A stretch of 64,000 bases of DNA from an uncultured Phycisphaerales bacterium (GTDB lineage: Bacteria > Planctomycetota > Phycisphaerae > Sedimentisphaerales > Anaerobacaceae), in contig OY970359.1 of the NCBI GenBank assembly GCA_963718665.1, forward strand, positions 1,792,001-1,856,000. Reading direction: 5' to 3'. The notes under the pieces are model-generated. The model was not told the DNA's origin. It worked only from the letters and a program-made list of their open reading frames with translations, and ran no database searches. This document shows positions 48,872 to 59,360 of this stretch, one piece after another (position 1 is the first letter of the stretch; each line of letters opens with the position of its first letter). The position numbers and the translations under genes are program-made.

Positions 48872-50437
48872 ATGGCAGGCACGATAAGGGAAAATACAGG
48901 CAGGCCGGTGAAGAAACGTTTAGAGACGGTATCATCGGCCAAGACACCTCCCGCTGCTGTCTCACGACAGCAGGACGCGGGTCCCGTTAGAAAAAATCGC
49001 GATACGGAAGTTTCCAATAGGTCGTGGATTTCTAACGGGACGGGGGTTGCGGCATTGACCGGGCGGATGATGCCCGAATCGCTTGCTGCCGAGGCGGCGG
49101 TGCTTGGCTCGATGGTGATTGACCCTGTATGCATAGGGCAGGTTGTTGAGATGTTAGGCAGGGATTCATTTTACCGGGTTGAGCACCAGTTGATTTACGA
49201 CGCCATAATCGCGCTTTACGAGAAAAACAGGGGCGAGGGTATCGACGGCGTTCTGCTTCGCGATGAGCTTGAAGGCCGTAAGCAATTGGAACAGGTGGGC
49301 GGGGTAGAATATATAGGCAGGATTCTTAACTCTGTACCCAGTTCCGCCAACGTCGCTTATTACGCGGGCATAGTAAAAGACAAGCAGCTTCAACGCGAGC
49401 TGATTCAAACCGCGACTGATATACTAAACGACGCTTATGATTCCGCAGGCGAATCAGGCCAGAAACTTGATGAGGCCGAGCAGCGGATTTTCGCTATTAC
49501 CGACAAACGCACCACAGGCCAGGCGATAAATATAAAAGACCTTGTTACTCACGCATACGAATTAATCGAGAAGCGCGACGGCAAACACGTTACGGGCCTG
49601 GCGACCGGCTTTACGACGCTCGACCAGCTTACCTGCGGCCTGCAAAACGGCGAAATGATTATCATCGCGGGCAGACCAAGTATGGGTAAAACCGCGCTGG
49701 CCCTGAATATCGCGGAAAATATCGGCATCGTTGAAAAGACGCCCGCTGCTATTTTTTCGCTGGAAATGGGTCAGCAGCAGTTAGCGGAAAGATTTCTTTG
49801 CAGCGTCAGCCAGGTTGACAGCCAGCTTGTGCGAAAGGGAATGCTTTCGACGGAACATTATCGCCGGCTGGTTGACGCCTGCGGCATACTTTCGGCTGCT
49901 CCGATATTTATCGACGATACCTCGTCTCTTACGCCGCTGGAACTGCGGGCCAAGGCAAGACGTTTTAAAAGCCAGTACGACATAAAATGCGTTTTCGTGG
50001 ACTATCTGCAGTTAATGCAGATGGGGACACGCGTGGAATCGCGTCAGCAGGAAATCACGACGATATCGCGGTATCTAAAGGCCCTGGCGAGGGAGCTGAA
50101 CATACCTGTTGTTGTGCTGAGCCAGCTGAACCGGTCTCCCGAAGGGCGGACAGACCATTTGCCGAGGATGAGCGACCTTCGTGAAAGCGGCAGTATCGAG
50201 CAGGACGCAGATGTAGTTATGCTGCTGCACCGCGAGGATTATTATCACAGCGGGGACAAAGAATACGAGTCGAATAATATCGCCAACATTATAATAGCCA
50301 AGCAGCGAAACGGGCCGACAGGGACGGTTGACCTTATGTTCTTAGACAGGTTTACCAAGTTTGGTAACGCTTCGTTCGCAGATGACACTTCAACAGCTTT
50401 ACAGCAGGAGCCGCCCAGGGAAGAAACGCCGTTTTGA
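48872..50437 (+). CDS. dnaB: Replicative DNA helicase
   Basis: AEAAVLG, AGRPSMGKT, FSLEM, VDYLQLM, LSQLNR, SDLRESGSIEQDAD and AKQRNGPTG. Exact start uncertain. Confidence 0.97.
   Translation: MAGTIRENTGRPVKKRLETVSSAKTPPAAVSRQQDAGPVRKNRDTEVSNRSWISNGTGVAALTGRMMPESLAAEAAVLGSMVIDPVCIGQVVEMLGRDSFYRVEHQLIYDAIIALYEKNRGEGIDGVLLRDELEGRKQLEQVGGVEYIGRILNSVPSSANVAYYAGIVKDKQLQRELIQTATDILNDAYDSAGESGQKLDEAEQRIFAITDKRTTGQAINIKDLVTHAYELIEKRDGKHVTGLATGFTTLDQLTCGLQNGEMIIIAGRPSMGKTALALNIAENIGIVEKTPAAIFSLEMGQQQLAERFLCSVSQVDSQLVRKGMLSTEHYRRLVDACGILSAAPIFIDDTSSLTPLELRAKARRFKSQYDIKCVFVDYLQLMQMGTRVESRQQEITTISRYLKALARELNIPVVVLSQLNRSPEGRTDHLPRMSDLRESGSIEQDADVVMLLHREDYYHSGDKEYESNNIANIIIAKQRNGPTGTVDLMFLDRFTKFGNASFADDTSTALQQEPPREETPF
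48981..49041. repeat. Palindromic element inside the predicted dnaB N-terminal extension
   Basis: 13-bp inverted termini GTCCCGTTAGAAA/TTTCTAACGGGAC. Shares internal ATACGGAA with 46898-46965. Confidence 0.78.
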
Positions 50438-50442
50438 CATTC

Positions 50443-50502
50443 AGCCCGTGAGATAAAACGGGCAATTAAAGGCAAGTCCGTGAGCTGGTTATCTCACGGG
50501 CT
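50443..50502 (+). repeat. 60-bp palindromic REP/MITE-like element
   Basis: Identical to 48764-48823. Confidence 0.9.
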
Positions 50503-50519
50503 AAAATTGAAAGGTAAAA

Positions 50520-53123
50520 GTGAAAATATTCTGGTGTAATATTTTTGTATTTACGGTCTGTGTGGCGATTTTCACACAACCGGCGAGTTCGGCTGATGTG
50601 AATGATTCCAATTTAACGCAACCAGCGAGTTTGGCTGATGCGAACGATTCCAATTTAACACAGCCAGCGAGTTTAGCCGACGTGAATGATTCCAATTTAG
50701 CACAACCGGCGAGTTCGGCCGATGCGAACGATTCCAATTTAACGCAGCCGGTGAGCTCGGCTGATGTAAATGATTCCAATTTGACACAGCTGGCAAGTTT
50801 GACTGATGCGAATGACTCCAATTTAGCACAACCGGCGCCTTCGGCTGAGGTGAATGATTCCAATCAGGTAATTTCGGCGATTCGAGTCGAGGGCAACGTC
50901 AGCGTAAAGGAGCAGGACGTTCTTGCCAAGATTCGCACAAGACAGGACGAGGTCTTCAATTCCGCCATTGCGGCTGAAGACGTGAAGCGAATAGCCGAGA
51001 TTAAAGGTGTTGAATACTGCTATTACAATACCAAAGCAGTTAACGGGAAAACAGAACTGACTTTTGTCGTTGTCGAGAAAAATCTTATAAGGTCGATTGG
51101 CTTTACAGGCAATGAAACGTTTAAAGACAAAAAGCTCAAAGAGAAGCTTGGTTTCAAAGTCGGCGATTATCTTGACCCGGTCCTGGCGCATACTTATGCC
51201 ACAACAATTCTTGAGTTTTACCGCCAGAGCGGTTTTCCATATACCGAGGTATCGCTTGATACTGAGAAATTGTCCACCGGCAGGCTGGTTTATGATATCA
51301 AGGAAGGGCCGCGAGTAAAAATCGACGAGGTGAAATTCAGCGGCAATAAACACCTGGGGTCGCGCGAGTTAAAGCAAGCCATCAAGGCCCGCACCAGAAC
51401 ATGGGTGGTGTTCCAGAAATACTACAATGAGGATGAGCTTGCCGAGGACGTATCGAAGCTCCAGCGTGCGTATCAAAGGAAGGGTTTTCTTAACGCCAAG
51501 ATTGAGGCCCAGCGTCAGTTCAACGCCGACAAGAGTAAGATACGCATTACCTTTGTCATCGAGGAGGGGATTGCTTACACGGTCGAAAATACCATTTTTA
51601 CCGGCAACCAGGAGTATGACAACAAGAAGCTGTATGGGCAGATGACGCTTTTGAACGGCCAGACATACAACGAGCAAATGGCCGAAACTGATACAAAGCA
51701 GATTATTAAGCAATACAGGGAAAACGGCTTTATCGATGCAAAGGTCGAGCGGGGCATCAAGTTTGTTTCAGATAAGACGGTCGTTATCGAATACACAGTA
51801 AAAGAAGGCGGGCGTTTTCGCATAGGGCAGATAATAATTACCGGCAACGAGCAGACCAAAGACAAGGTTATTCGCCGGGTACTCGACGAGTATGACTTCC
51901 AGCCGGGCAAGTGGTACAACGGCGATATTGCCCGCGGAGACGGCAAGGGCGAACTCGAGAAAAATCTCCAGCAGAGTGTGCTCACCGAGCGCGACGGCGC
52001 GACAATCACGCCGTCCGGCTCAACCCCGGGCCAAAAAGATGCCCAGGTCAGTATTATCGAAGGCAAAACCGGGATGGTAATGTTGGGTGCGGGGATATCC
52101 AGCGACAGCGGCATTATGGGCCAGCTTACTTATGAGCAGAGGAATTTCGACATCGGCGATACGCCGAATAGTTTGGACGATTTTGCGTCGGGCAAGGCCT
52201 TCAAAGGCGGCGGGCAGACACTGCGAATTTCCCTGCAGCCCGGAACGCAACTGAGCACGTATTCAGTCAGCTTTACTGAACCGTATCTCAACGACAAGCC
52301 AGTCAGTTTGGACGTGGTCGGTTCGAGCTGGGAAAGATGGCGGGAATGTTACAACGAGGACAGATTAAAAGGATTTGTCGGTTTAGACAAGCGAGAACAA
52401 GACAAGTGGCATGAGAACATCGGGGTCCGCGTGGAAGAAGTCAAAATTACTAACATTGATTACTACGCGCCCGAAGAGATAAAGAAAGTCGCAGGCGAAA
52501 ATTTTCTCACCGGCGTCCGGGTTGGCGCGGGCAGAGACCTTACCGATAACAAGCTTAATCCCTCGAAGGGTCAGAATTTCGACGTATCTTACGAACAAGT
52601 TACCGGCGGCTACGATTTTGGTATTCTAAGCGGCACTTACAGAAAATATTTTACGCTATACGAGGATTTGGCGGAGCGAAAAACCATTTTGGCCACCAAA
52701 CTTTTAGGGGCGACAATTTTGGGCGATGCGCCTCCTTTTGAGAAGTTTTACGCGGGCGGCACCGGCGCTTACGGCATCCGCGGTTTCCAGTATCGCGGCG
52801 TCAGCACCAGGGGGCTTGAGACAAATATTCAACCGTGGCGTTTTCCGGAGCGAAGAGAGCCAATCGGCAGCGACTGGATAATCCTGGCGAATGCCGAAGC
52901 TGCCGTTCCGCTTGTCGGCGATAGCATATCGTTGTTATTCTTCATTGACAGCGGCAAAATCGATACCGGCGGCTACCGCGTCGGCGCCGGCACCGGTCTC
53001 CAGATAATGATACCGCAGTGGTTCGGACCTGTTCCAATGCGGTTTGAGCTCGCAGACCCGTTGATTAAAAGCGATGGCGACAAGACCCAGATATTCAGTT
53101 TCTCCGTCGGGACATTGTTCTGA
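50520..53123 (+). CDS. bamA: Outer membrane protein assembly factor BamA with a repetitive N-terminal extension
   Basis: POTRA repeats (I.F.GN), IRGF motif and C-terminal FSFSVGTLF. Precedes skp-lpxD. Confidence 0.93.
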   Translation: MKIFWCNIFVFTVCVAIFTQPASSADVNDSNLTQPASLADANDSNLTQPASLADVNDSNLAQPASSADANDSNLTQPVSSADVNDSNLTQLASLTDANDSNLAQPAPSAEVNDSNQVISAIRVEGNVSVKEQDVLAKIRTRQDEVFNSAIAAEDVKRIAEIKGVEYCYYNTKAVNGKTELTFVVVEKNLIRSIGFTGNETFKDKKLKEKLGFKVGDYLDPVLAHTYATTILEFYRQSGFPYTEVSLDTEKLSTGRLVYDIKEGPRVKIDEVKFSGNKHLGSRELKQAIKARTRTWVVFQKYYNEDELAEDVSKLQRAYQRKGFLNAKIEAQRQFNADKSKIRITFVIEEGIAYTVENTIFTGNQEYDNKKLYGQMTLLNGQTYNEQMAETDTKQIIKQYRENGFIDAKVERGIKFVSDKTVVIEYTVKEGGRFRIGQIIITGNEQTKDKVIRRVLDEYDFQPGKWYNGDIARGDGKGELEKNLQQSVLTERDGATITPSGSTPGQKDAQVSIIEGKTGMVMLGAGISSDSGIMGQLTYEQRNFDIGDTPNSLDDFASGKAFKGGGQTLRISLQPGTQLSTYSVSFTEPYLNDKPVSLDVVGSSWERWRECYNEDRLKGFVGLDKREQDKWHENIGVRVEEVKITNIDYYAPEEIKKVAGENFLTGVRVGAGRDLTDNKLNPSKGQNFDVSYEQVTGGYDFGILSGTYRKYFTLYEDLAERKTILATKLLGATILGDAPPFEKFYAGGTGAYGIRGFQYRGVSTRGLETNIQPWRFPERREPIGSDWIILANAEAAVPLVGDSISLLFFIDSGKIDTGGYRVGAGTGLQIMIPQWFGPVPMRFELADPLIKSDGDKTQIFSFSVGTLF
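50577..50870 (+). repeat. Seven tandem 42-nt coding repeats (QPASSADVNDSNLT)
   Basis: Directly visible in both DNA and translation; no spacers. Confidence 0.92.
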
Positions 53124-53222
53124 GGTCTGAATTATCGGGGCAGGAGGGGTTTGCGGATTTATCCGGTTTTTCGTAGAATATCCGCCGTGTAAGGATTGAT
53201 AATCAATAAGAAAGGGAAAATT

Positions 53223-53810
53223 ATGAAGCTTAAGTCAATTGTTGTTATGGTTCTGGTAATAATAATGTCAGGTTTTATTGTGAACGCCGGGGCTGTTAGG
53301 GCGGCGGATAATAAGTGCCTGAAGATAGGTGTTGTAAGCGTCCGCAAGATATTCCAGGACTGCAAGCGTAACACGAAGTACAGACAGGAAATGACCGCCG
53401 AGCGAGATAAGCTCGAAGCGGAACTTGATAGCTTGTCCAAGGATATAGATGCCAGCAAAAGCAAGTTGAAGATGCTGAAACAGGGCAGCGCGGATTATTT
53501 ATCGGGGATGAAGGATGTGTTAGACAAGCAGGCGAGTTTGCAGGCCAAGCAGGAATACTTCAAACGCCAGATGGATATACGGGAGCAGACGGTCGTTGAG
53601 CAGCTTTTCAAGGATGTCATCAAAGCAACCGGTGAAGTCGCAAAAGAAAAAGGATTCGACCTGGTGCTCGAAAAAAGTGAGCCGGACCTGCCGGCAGCAA
53701 ATACGAATGAGCTTACGCTGACAATCAGCACGCACAAGGTTTTGTATAGTTCCGGCTGTGAGGATATTACCGACGCAGTTATGGCGAAGGTTGACGCTAA
53801 TTCGCTGTAA
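53223..53810 (+). CDS. skp: OmpH/Skp periplasmic chaperone
   Basis: Signal peptide, KIGVV, coiled coil, VAKEKGFDLVL and DITDAV. Lies between bamA and lpxD. Confidence 0.88.
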   Translation: MKLKSIVVMVLVIIMSGFIVNAGAVRAADNKCLKIGVVSVRKIFQDCKRNTKYRQEMTAERDKLEAELDSLSKDIDASKSKLKMLKQGSADYLSGMKDVLDKQASLQAKQEYFKRQMDIREQTVVEQLFKDVIKATGEVAKEKGFDLVLEKSEPDLPAANTNELTLTISTHKVLYSSGCEDITDAVMAKVDANSL

Positions 53811-53847
53811 GCGAATTTATTGATAATCAATAAAAAATGTGCGAGTT

Positions 53848-54900
53848 ATGGAACTGACGGTTACGGAAATAGCTAAGCGTCTGAATGCCGAGTTGATTGG
53901 TCCCGGCCAGTCCGTCATTCGTTCGGTTGGGCCTGTTGGTTCCGCCGACCAGGCAACGCTGACTTTTCTGGCGGACGACAAACATCTCGCTGAACTGAAA
54001 AAATCCCGTTGCGGCGCCGTTATAATCAACAAGGCAATCGAAGAATTTTCGCAACCCCAGTTGATTGTGAAAGATGTCAACGCGGCGTTGATTGAGGCGT
54101 TGAAGATTTTTGCGCCTAAATTGGAGCCGGCTGTGCCGGGCGTGGACTCGGCCGCCAAAGTTGCTGCTGGCGTTAAAATCGGCAAGAATGTTTCGATTGG
54201 CCCATTTGCGGTTATCGAGGGTGGTGTTGAAATCGGCGACGATACGATTATTGCCGCGGGCTGCAAAATCGGCCAGAACACGAAAATTGGCCGGGCCACG
54301 CGACTCGACTGCAATGTTGTTGTTTATCATAACTGCACTATAGGAAATAACGTTATAATTCAGGCCAATACCGTAATCGGTTCTGTTGGCTTTGGCTATT
54401 CTTTTATTGACGGTGCTCACCGGCTTATCCCGCATAATGGTGTTGTTGTTATCGAGGATTATGTGGATATAGGCGCAAACTGCTGTGTTGACAGGGCAAA
54501 ATTCGGCGAGACGCGAATAGGCGCGGGCACAAAAATTGATAACCTCGTTCAGATTGCCCATAACGTGATAATCGGCAGGTGTTGCCTGATAGCGGGCCAG
54601 GTGGGCATATCCGGCAGTTGTAAAATAGGCGACGGCGTCGTTCTCGCGGGCCAGGTTGGTGTTGCAGACAATATCGAGATAGGTGCGGGCGTCATAGTCG
54701 GCGCACAGGCAGGCGTGACTAACAGCGTCCGGCCGGGTAAACAGATGCTCGGCTCACCAGCAATCGAACACAAAGACGCGCTGCGGGTTATGGTCAGCAG
54801 TTTGCGACTGCCCAAACTCATCGAGCAGTTCAAACAATTATGCGCAAGGGTGGAAAAACTTGAAACTGCAAAAGACGATAGCGACCCCGACAGCCATTAG
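53848..54900 (+). CDS. lpxD: UDP-3-O-acylglucosamine N-acyltransferase
   Basis: Hexapeptide repeats, [25 protein letters not shown]. Confidence 0.95.
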   Translation: MELTVTEIAKRLNAELIGPGQSVIRSVGPVGSADQATLTFLADDKHLAELKKSRCGAVIINKAIEEFSQPQLIVKDVNAALIEALKIFAPKLEPAVPGVDSAAKVAAGVKIGKNVSIGPFAVIEGGVEIGDDTIIAAGCKIGQNTKIGRATRLDCNVVVYHNCTIGNNVIIQANTVIGSVGFGYSFIDGAHRLIPHNGVVVIEDYVDIGANCCVDRAKFGETRIGAGTKIDNLVQIAHNVIIGRCCLIAGQVGISGSCKIGDGVVLAGQVGVADNIEIGAGVIVGAQAGVTNSVRPGKQMLGSPAIEHKDALRVMVSSLRLPKLIEQFKQLCARVEKLETAKDDSDPDSH

Positions 54901-56170
54901 CGGCAAGGGCCTGTTTGGCGGCAAGGAGGCGTCGGTTGTTTTTCGCCCCGCCCCGGTTGATACAGGCGTGGTTTTCGTCCGCACCGATTTGGCGGAGCCG
55001 GTTCGCATCAGGGCTATCGCCTTGAATATTGGCGAACGAACCCGCCGAACCACCATAAAAAAAGGTCCCGTCAGCATCGAAACCGTCGAGCATTGCCTGG
55101 CCGCTATTTCTGCCCTTGAAATAGATAATCTCACTATCGAAGTTGACGCGTCCGAGCTGCCGGCGCCGGATTGCAGCGCCGGGGAGTTTTTCCGGGTATT
55201 GAGCCAGGCGGGTCTCGTCGAGCAGGAAGCCCCGCGGCACGAATTCGTAATCCAGGAACCTATTTTAATAACATCGGGCGACGCCTCGATATACGCGCTG
55301 CCGTTCGCGGACGACACACTGAATATCACATACGACCTCGACTACGGGGGGCACACAGGAATCGGCAGACAAATTTACAGTTGTCGCCTTACCTCCGACA
55401 GTTTCGAAAAGAATCTCGCCCGCGCCAGGACGTTTCTTCTTGAGGTCGAGGCCAGGCAGTTCCAGTCGCACGGGATGGGGACACATCTTACGCCGAGGGA
55501 TATTCTTGTTATTGATTCCGACGGCCCGATTAAAAACTCATACAGGTTTCCTGATGAATGCGTCAGGCATAAAATAGTTGACCTCATAGGCGACCTTTCT
55601 CTGGTCGGCAGGGCGGTCAAGGGCAGGATTGTCTCGTATAAAAGCGGTCATTCGCTGAATCATCAGCTTGCGCATAAGCTTTATGAGGCAGCCGAAAGGC
55701 AGGAGCGCACCGCAAAATTCGGCACCGATGCGCTGCTCGATATCCGCGCAATAACCAAAATACTCCCGCACCGCTACCCGTTTTTGCTGGTTGACAAGGT
55801 AATCGAGCTTGAAAGCGACGGGTTCATAAAAGGCATAAAAAACGTAACCTACAATGAGCATTTTTTCCAGGGGCATTTCCCCGGCACGCCCATTATGCCG
55901 GGCGTTCTTGTCGTGGAAGCGATGGCCCAGATATCGGGCCTGATGTTTGCCCAGCGGCTCGAGCACACGGGCAAGCTGGCGGTTTTGCTGAGTATGGACG
56001 GCGTAAAGCTTCGCAGGGCCGTGGTTCCCGGCGACCAGATTGTTCTTACCGCGGAAGCCGTTAAGAGTCATACGAGAAGCGCCCATTGTAAATGCAAGGC
56101 AACGGTAGGCGATGTGGTTGTCGCCGAATGTGAACTCAAGTTTATGCTCGTGGACAATGATAAATTATAG
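54860..56170 (+). CDS. lpxC: Bifunctional LpxC-FabZ fusion
   Basis: TVEHCLAA and [11 protein letters not shown] (LpxC); [11 protein letters not shown] and [20 protein letters not shown] (FabZ). Confidence 0.93.
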   Translation: MKLQKTIATPTAISGKGLFGGKEASVVFRPAPVDTGVVFVRTDLAEPVRIRAIALNIGERTRRTTIKKGPVSIETVEHCLAAISALEIDNLTIEVDASELPAPDCSAGEFFRVLSQAGLVEQEAPRHEFVIQEPILITSGDASIYALPFADDTLNITYDLDYGGHTGIGRQIYSCRLTSDSFEKNLARARTFLLEVEARQFQSHGMGTHLTPRDILVIDSDGPIKNSYRFPDECVRHKIVDLIGDLSLVGRAVKGRIVSYKSGHSLNHQLAHKLYEAAERQERTAKFGTDALLDIRAITKILPHRYPFLLVDKVIELESDGFIKGIKNVTYNEHFFQGHFPGTPIMPGVLVVEAMAQISGLMFAQRLEHTGKLAVLLSMDGVKLRRAVVPGDQIVLTAEAVKSHTRSAHCKCKATVGDVVVAECELKFMLVDNDKL

Positions 56171-56200
56171 AATATTAAAATCGAAATACAGGATGCCAAA

Positions 56201-57007
56201 ATGAAACAGATTCACTCAACAGCGGTTATTGAAGAAGGAGCAATTATACAGGAAGGCGTCGTAATCGGGCCTCATTGCTTTGTGGACACCGGCTCAGTTA
56301 TCGGAGAAGGGACTGTCCTCGAGGCCAGCGTCGTCATCGGTAAAAACGTCCGCATCGGAAAACGTAATCATCTGTTCCCCCATTGTGTAATAGGAGGCCA
56401 GCCCCAGATACTCAATCTTGGCCCCGACGCCAAAATCGGCGGCCTGGTAATCGGCGACGACAACACAATTCGCGAACAGGTTACTATTCATCCGAGTATG
56501 CACCACGACGCTCTCACTAAAATCGGCAACTCCAATCTGATTATGGTTGGCGTGCATATCGGCCACGATTGTGTCCTTGAAGACAAAATCGTCCTCAGCA
56601 ATTTCACGCAACTAAGCGGTCACTGTAAAATCGAGACAGGTGTCTGGCTTTCAGGGGTGGTACTGATTCACCAGTTTACTACCGTCGGCAGATGGTGTTA
56701 CGCCGCGGCTATTGCGGGAATTAACAAGGATGTTCCGCCTTTTTTGATTGTCAGCGGGCACTATCCGCCGGAGGTTCGAGGCGTCAATAAGCGAGGTCTC
56801 AAACGCGCCGGGCTGAACGAGAAACAACAGAAGGCAATCCAGGATGCTTATAAGCATCTCTACCGCGACGACAAAAAGCCATTGCTGCAGAAGGCAAAGG
56901 AAATGGCCAAGGAAGCCGGCCTCGACGAGAACGTCCGTGATATGGTTGACGCCATTCTGAAAAGCAGCGAGCAGCGCTACGGCAGGTATCTCGAAAAATT
57001 CAGATAG
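56201..57007 (+). CDS. lpxA: Acyl-ACP--UDP-N-acetylglucosamine O-acyltransferase
   Basis: IHSTAVI, hexapeptide repeats, IRE.VTIH, HIGHDC, IHQF and GVNKRGLKRAG. Confidence 0.93.
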   Translation: MKQIHSTAVIEEGAIIQEGVVIGPHCFVDTGSVIGEGTVLEASVVIGKNVRIGKRNHLFPHCVIGGQPQILNLGPDAKIGGLVIGDDNTIREQVTIHPSMHHDALTKIGNSNLIMVGVHIGHDCVLEDKIVLSNFTQLSGHCKIETGVWLSGVVLIHQFTTVGRWCYAAAIAGINKDVPPFLIVSGHYPPEVRGVNKRGLKRAGLNEKQQKAIQDAYKHLYRDDKKPLLQKAKEMAKEAGLDENVRDMVDAILKSSEQRYGRYLEKFR

Positions 57008-57047
57008 TATTTGATGTGCCGATGGGGGCTATCCTTAAGGGATTGAC

Positions 57048-58055
57048 ATGGATAAATTACGAACCGCAGTCGTTGGCGCAGGCAAAATGGGCGAGATTCA
57101 CGCCCGCGTTTACTCAGAGCTGCCCCAGAGCAATCTTGTTGCCATTGTCGATGTTGATGCAGACAAGGCGAAACGGCTGGCGAAAAAATACCGCTGTGAA
57201 TCAGCCCAGAATGTGACCGAATTGATTGGCAAAGTCGATGCGGTAACAATCTCCGCTCCGACCACCGAGCATTTTTCGCTGGCAAAGCCGCTGATTGAGG
57301 CGGGTATCGCGGTCCTTATCGAAAAACCCCTGGCAGCCGACGTGAATCAGGCGAGAGATATTGTCGCACTTGCCAAGAAGACCGGCTGTCTTGTCGCGGT
57401 AGGCCATTCCGAGCGATGCAATCCTGTTGTTCAGGCGATGAAGCGGCTGCAAATCGAGCCGAAATTTATTGAGGCGGCGAGGATAAGTCCGTATCCTTTT
57501 CGCTCAACCGATATCGGCGTTGTTCTTGATATTATGATTCACGACATCGATATTATATTGTCGCTTGCCGCGAGCAGGGTCGTCAAGGTTGACGCCGTTG
57601 GGATAGGCGTTATTGACCCGGCTAATGAAGATATCTGTAATGCCAGAATCTCTTTTGAAAACGGCTGTGTCGCCAATGTAACCGCGTCGCGGCTCGCCTT
57701 GAAAACCGAACGCAAAGTCCGGGTTTTCAGCAAGCAGGCGTATCTCAGCGTGGATTATTTCAAAAAAACGGGCGTGGTAATCAAGGCCGCTCCGAATATA
57801 GACCTTGTCGAGAAAATCAGGCAGCTAAAAAAAGCGGGGACATTCGCCTTGCTTACCGGCGGCTGGCAGGACCTTCTGCACCGCGAAACTCTCGACGTTG
57901 ACGACAAAGAGCCGCTTCGTCTTGAGCAGGAGGCGTTTCTGCGGGCGGTTGCCGACAAGACGCTTCGACCTGAAGTTGTCGCCGAAGAAGGCCTTGCAGC
58001 AATGGAATGCGCTGCTATGATACTTGAGTCAATGCGACAGCATAAGTGGGAATGA
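57048..58055 (+). CDS. Gfo/Idh/MocA oxidoreductase, possibly GnnA-like UDP-GlcNAc 3-dehydrogenase
   Basis: VVGAGKMG.IHAR, LIEKP, GH.ER.NP, VVLDIMIHDID and TASR. Directly follows lpxA. Confidence 0.8.
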   Translation: MDKLRTAVVGAGKMGEIHARVYSELPQSNLVAIVDVDADKAKRLAKKYRCESAQNVTELIGKVDAVTISAPTTEHFSLAKPLIEAGIAVLIEKPLAADVNQARDIVALAKKTGCLVAVGHSERCNPVVQAMKRLQIEPKFIEAARISPYPFRSTDIGVVLDIMIHDIDIILSLAASRVVKVDAVGIGVIDPANEDICNARISFENGCVANVTASRLALKTERKVRVFSKQAYLSVDYFKKTGVVIKAAPNIDLVEKIRQLKKAGTFALLTGGWQDLLHRETLDVDDKEPLRLEQEAFLRAVADKTLRPEVVAEEGLAAMECAAMILESMRQHKWE

Positions 58056-58089
58056 TTGTTTACTATTGATTGATGATGGAAGGTGTTAT

Positions 58090-58674
58090 ATGAAATACAG
58101 GAACTCAGGCATTTACCTGTTTATTGTTGCGGCTGCTTTGGTGTTTTTGGTGTTCGGCTGCCGGCCGGAAAAAGGTAATCTTAAGGGGCTAAAAATGGTG
58201 AAACTGGAAACCACGAAAGGCGCAATAGTAATTGAAGTCAACGAAATGGCTGCCCCGATAACGGTTGCCAATTTCCTGCAATATGTTAAGGATGGTTTCT
58301 ACGACGGGACGATATTCCACAGGGTCATACCCAATTTTATGATTCAGGGCGGCGGCTTTACCCCTGATATGAAGCAAAAAACGACCCGTCCGCCGATTGT
58401 TAATGAAGCCAAAAACGGCCTCAAGAACAAACGCGGAACAGTCGCGATGGCCCGGTTAGACGACCCCAACAGCGCTACTTCCCAGTTTTATATCAACCTC
58501 ATTGATAATGTCCATCTCGATACATTCAACTACACTGTCTTCGGGCAGGTTGTCGAAGGTATGGACGTCGTCGATGCAATCGCCAAGGTCAAGAGGGGTA
58601 TAAAAGGGATGTCCCGGGATGTCCCCGAAGAGACGATTATTATTAAATCAGCAAAAGTCGTATCTAAAAAGTAA
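58090..58674 (+). CDS. Cyclophilin-type peptidyl-prolyl cis-trans isomerase (probable lipoprotein)
   Basis: FYDGTIFHRVIPNFMIQGGG, GTVAMAR, SATSQF and YTVFGQV. Lipobox-like VFG-C. Confidence 0.93.
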   Translation: MKYRNSGIYLFIVAAALVFLVFGCRPEKGNLKGLKMVKLETTKGAIVIEVNEMAAPITVANFLQYVKDGFYDGTIFHRVIPNFMIQGGGFTPDMKQKTTRPPIVNEAKNGLKNKRGTVAMARLDDPNSATSQFYINLIDNVHLDTFNYTVFGQVVEGMDVVDAIAKVKRGIKGMSRDVPEETIIIKSAKVVSKK

Positions 58675-58710
58675 TGGGGGATAAAAAACTTTTTTTGAAA
58701 GGGTAAACAG

Positions 58711-59328
58711 ATGAGCAAAATCGTAAAGGTAAGTTTGGTAATCCTGGCGGTTTTGCCTGTCCTGTGCAACCTTGAATCCCGCGCTGCTGATAAACAGGAG
58801 GCAGACACACAGAAGAAAGTCGAAAACCCATATGAAAGGGCCGCAGTAACGATAGATGCTTCTGTTATTGAGGTAAATCTAATCAACGCTGCGCAACTTG
58901 GTCTTGCGCCTCGCAACCAAAAAGGCGAAACAGTGTCAGTTGAGAAAATACAGGCAGCCCTCGCGAAAGGTACTGCTAAGGTTGCGGCGGGCACAAAGCT
59001 GGCCGCGCAAAATTTCAAGACAGCGAAAGTGTCGTGTTACCAACAAATTAAGGTTGGTTCTACAACAAGTTATCAGGTGTACAATATGGGTATGGAGTTC
59101 GCCGTTCAGCCATTTGTTTCTTCCGATGGAGGAATAACCTTGTCGTATAAGTTTGAACAGAGCGGATTCGACCGTGTATCTCAAATAGATTCTCTCCCGA
59201 GTACCTTTGCCAGAAAACTCGAAGGCGAAATCCGCCTTGATTCCGGTAAGCCGATAATAGCTGGCAGCGCCCAAAATGATGACGAAGCGTACTTTCTGGT
59301 TATCAGCGCTACTATCGAAAATAAATAG
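58711..59328 (+). CDS. Small exported protein resembling an isolated secretin C-terminal domain
   Basis: Signal peptide; VTIDASVIEV, GMEFAVQP...GGITL, EIRLDSGKPIIAG and FLVISATI. Confidence 0.5.
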   Translation: MSKIVKVSLVILAVLPVLCNLESRAADKQEADTQKKVENPYERAAVTIDASVIEVNLINAAQLGLAPRNQKGETVSVEKIQAALAKGTAKVAAGTKLAAQNFKTAKVSCYQQIKVGSTTSYQVYNMGMEFAVQPFVSSDGGITLSYKFEQSGFDRVSQIDSLPSTFARKLEGEIRLDSGKPIIAGSAQNDDEAYFLVISATIENK

Positions 59329-59360
59329 ATAACAACATTGCAAGTGCCTGAAACTGATTT

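Noticed and set aside
48872..50437. Intein in DnaB
   Set aside because: The helicase motifs are contiguous; the only extra sequence is the N-terminal extension.
50577..50870. 42-nt tandem repeats as a CRISPR array
   Set aside because: No unique spacers, in-frame coding repeats within bamA, and no cas genes.
53827..54561. 244-aa minus-strand ORF
   Set aside because: Antisense shadow of lpxD.
54860..56170. LpxC-FabZ fusion as a novelty
   Set aside because: This fusion is already known in several bacterial phyla.
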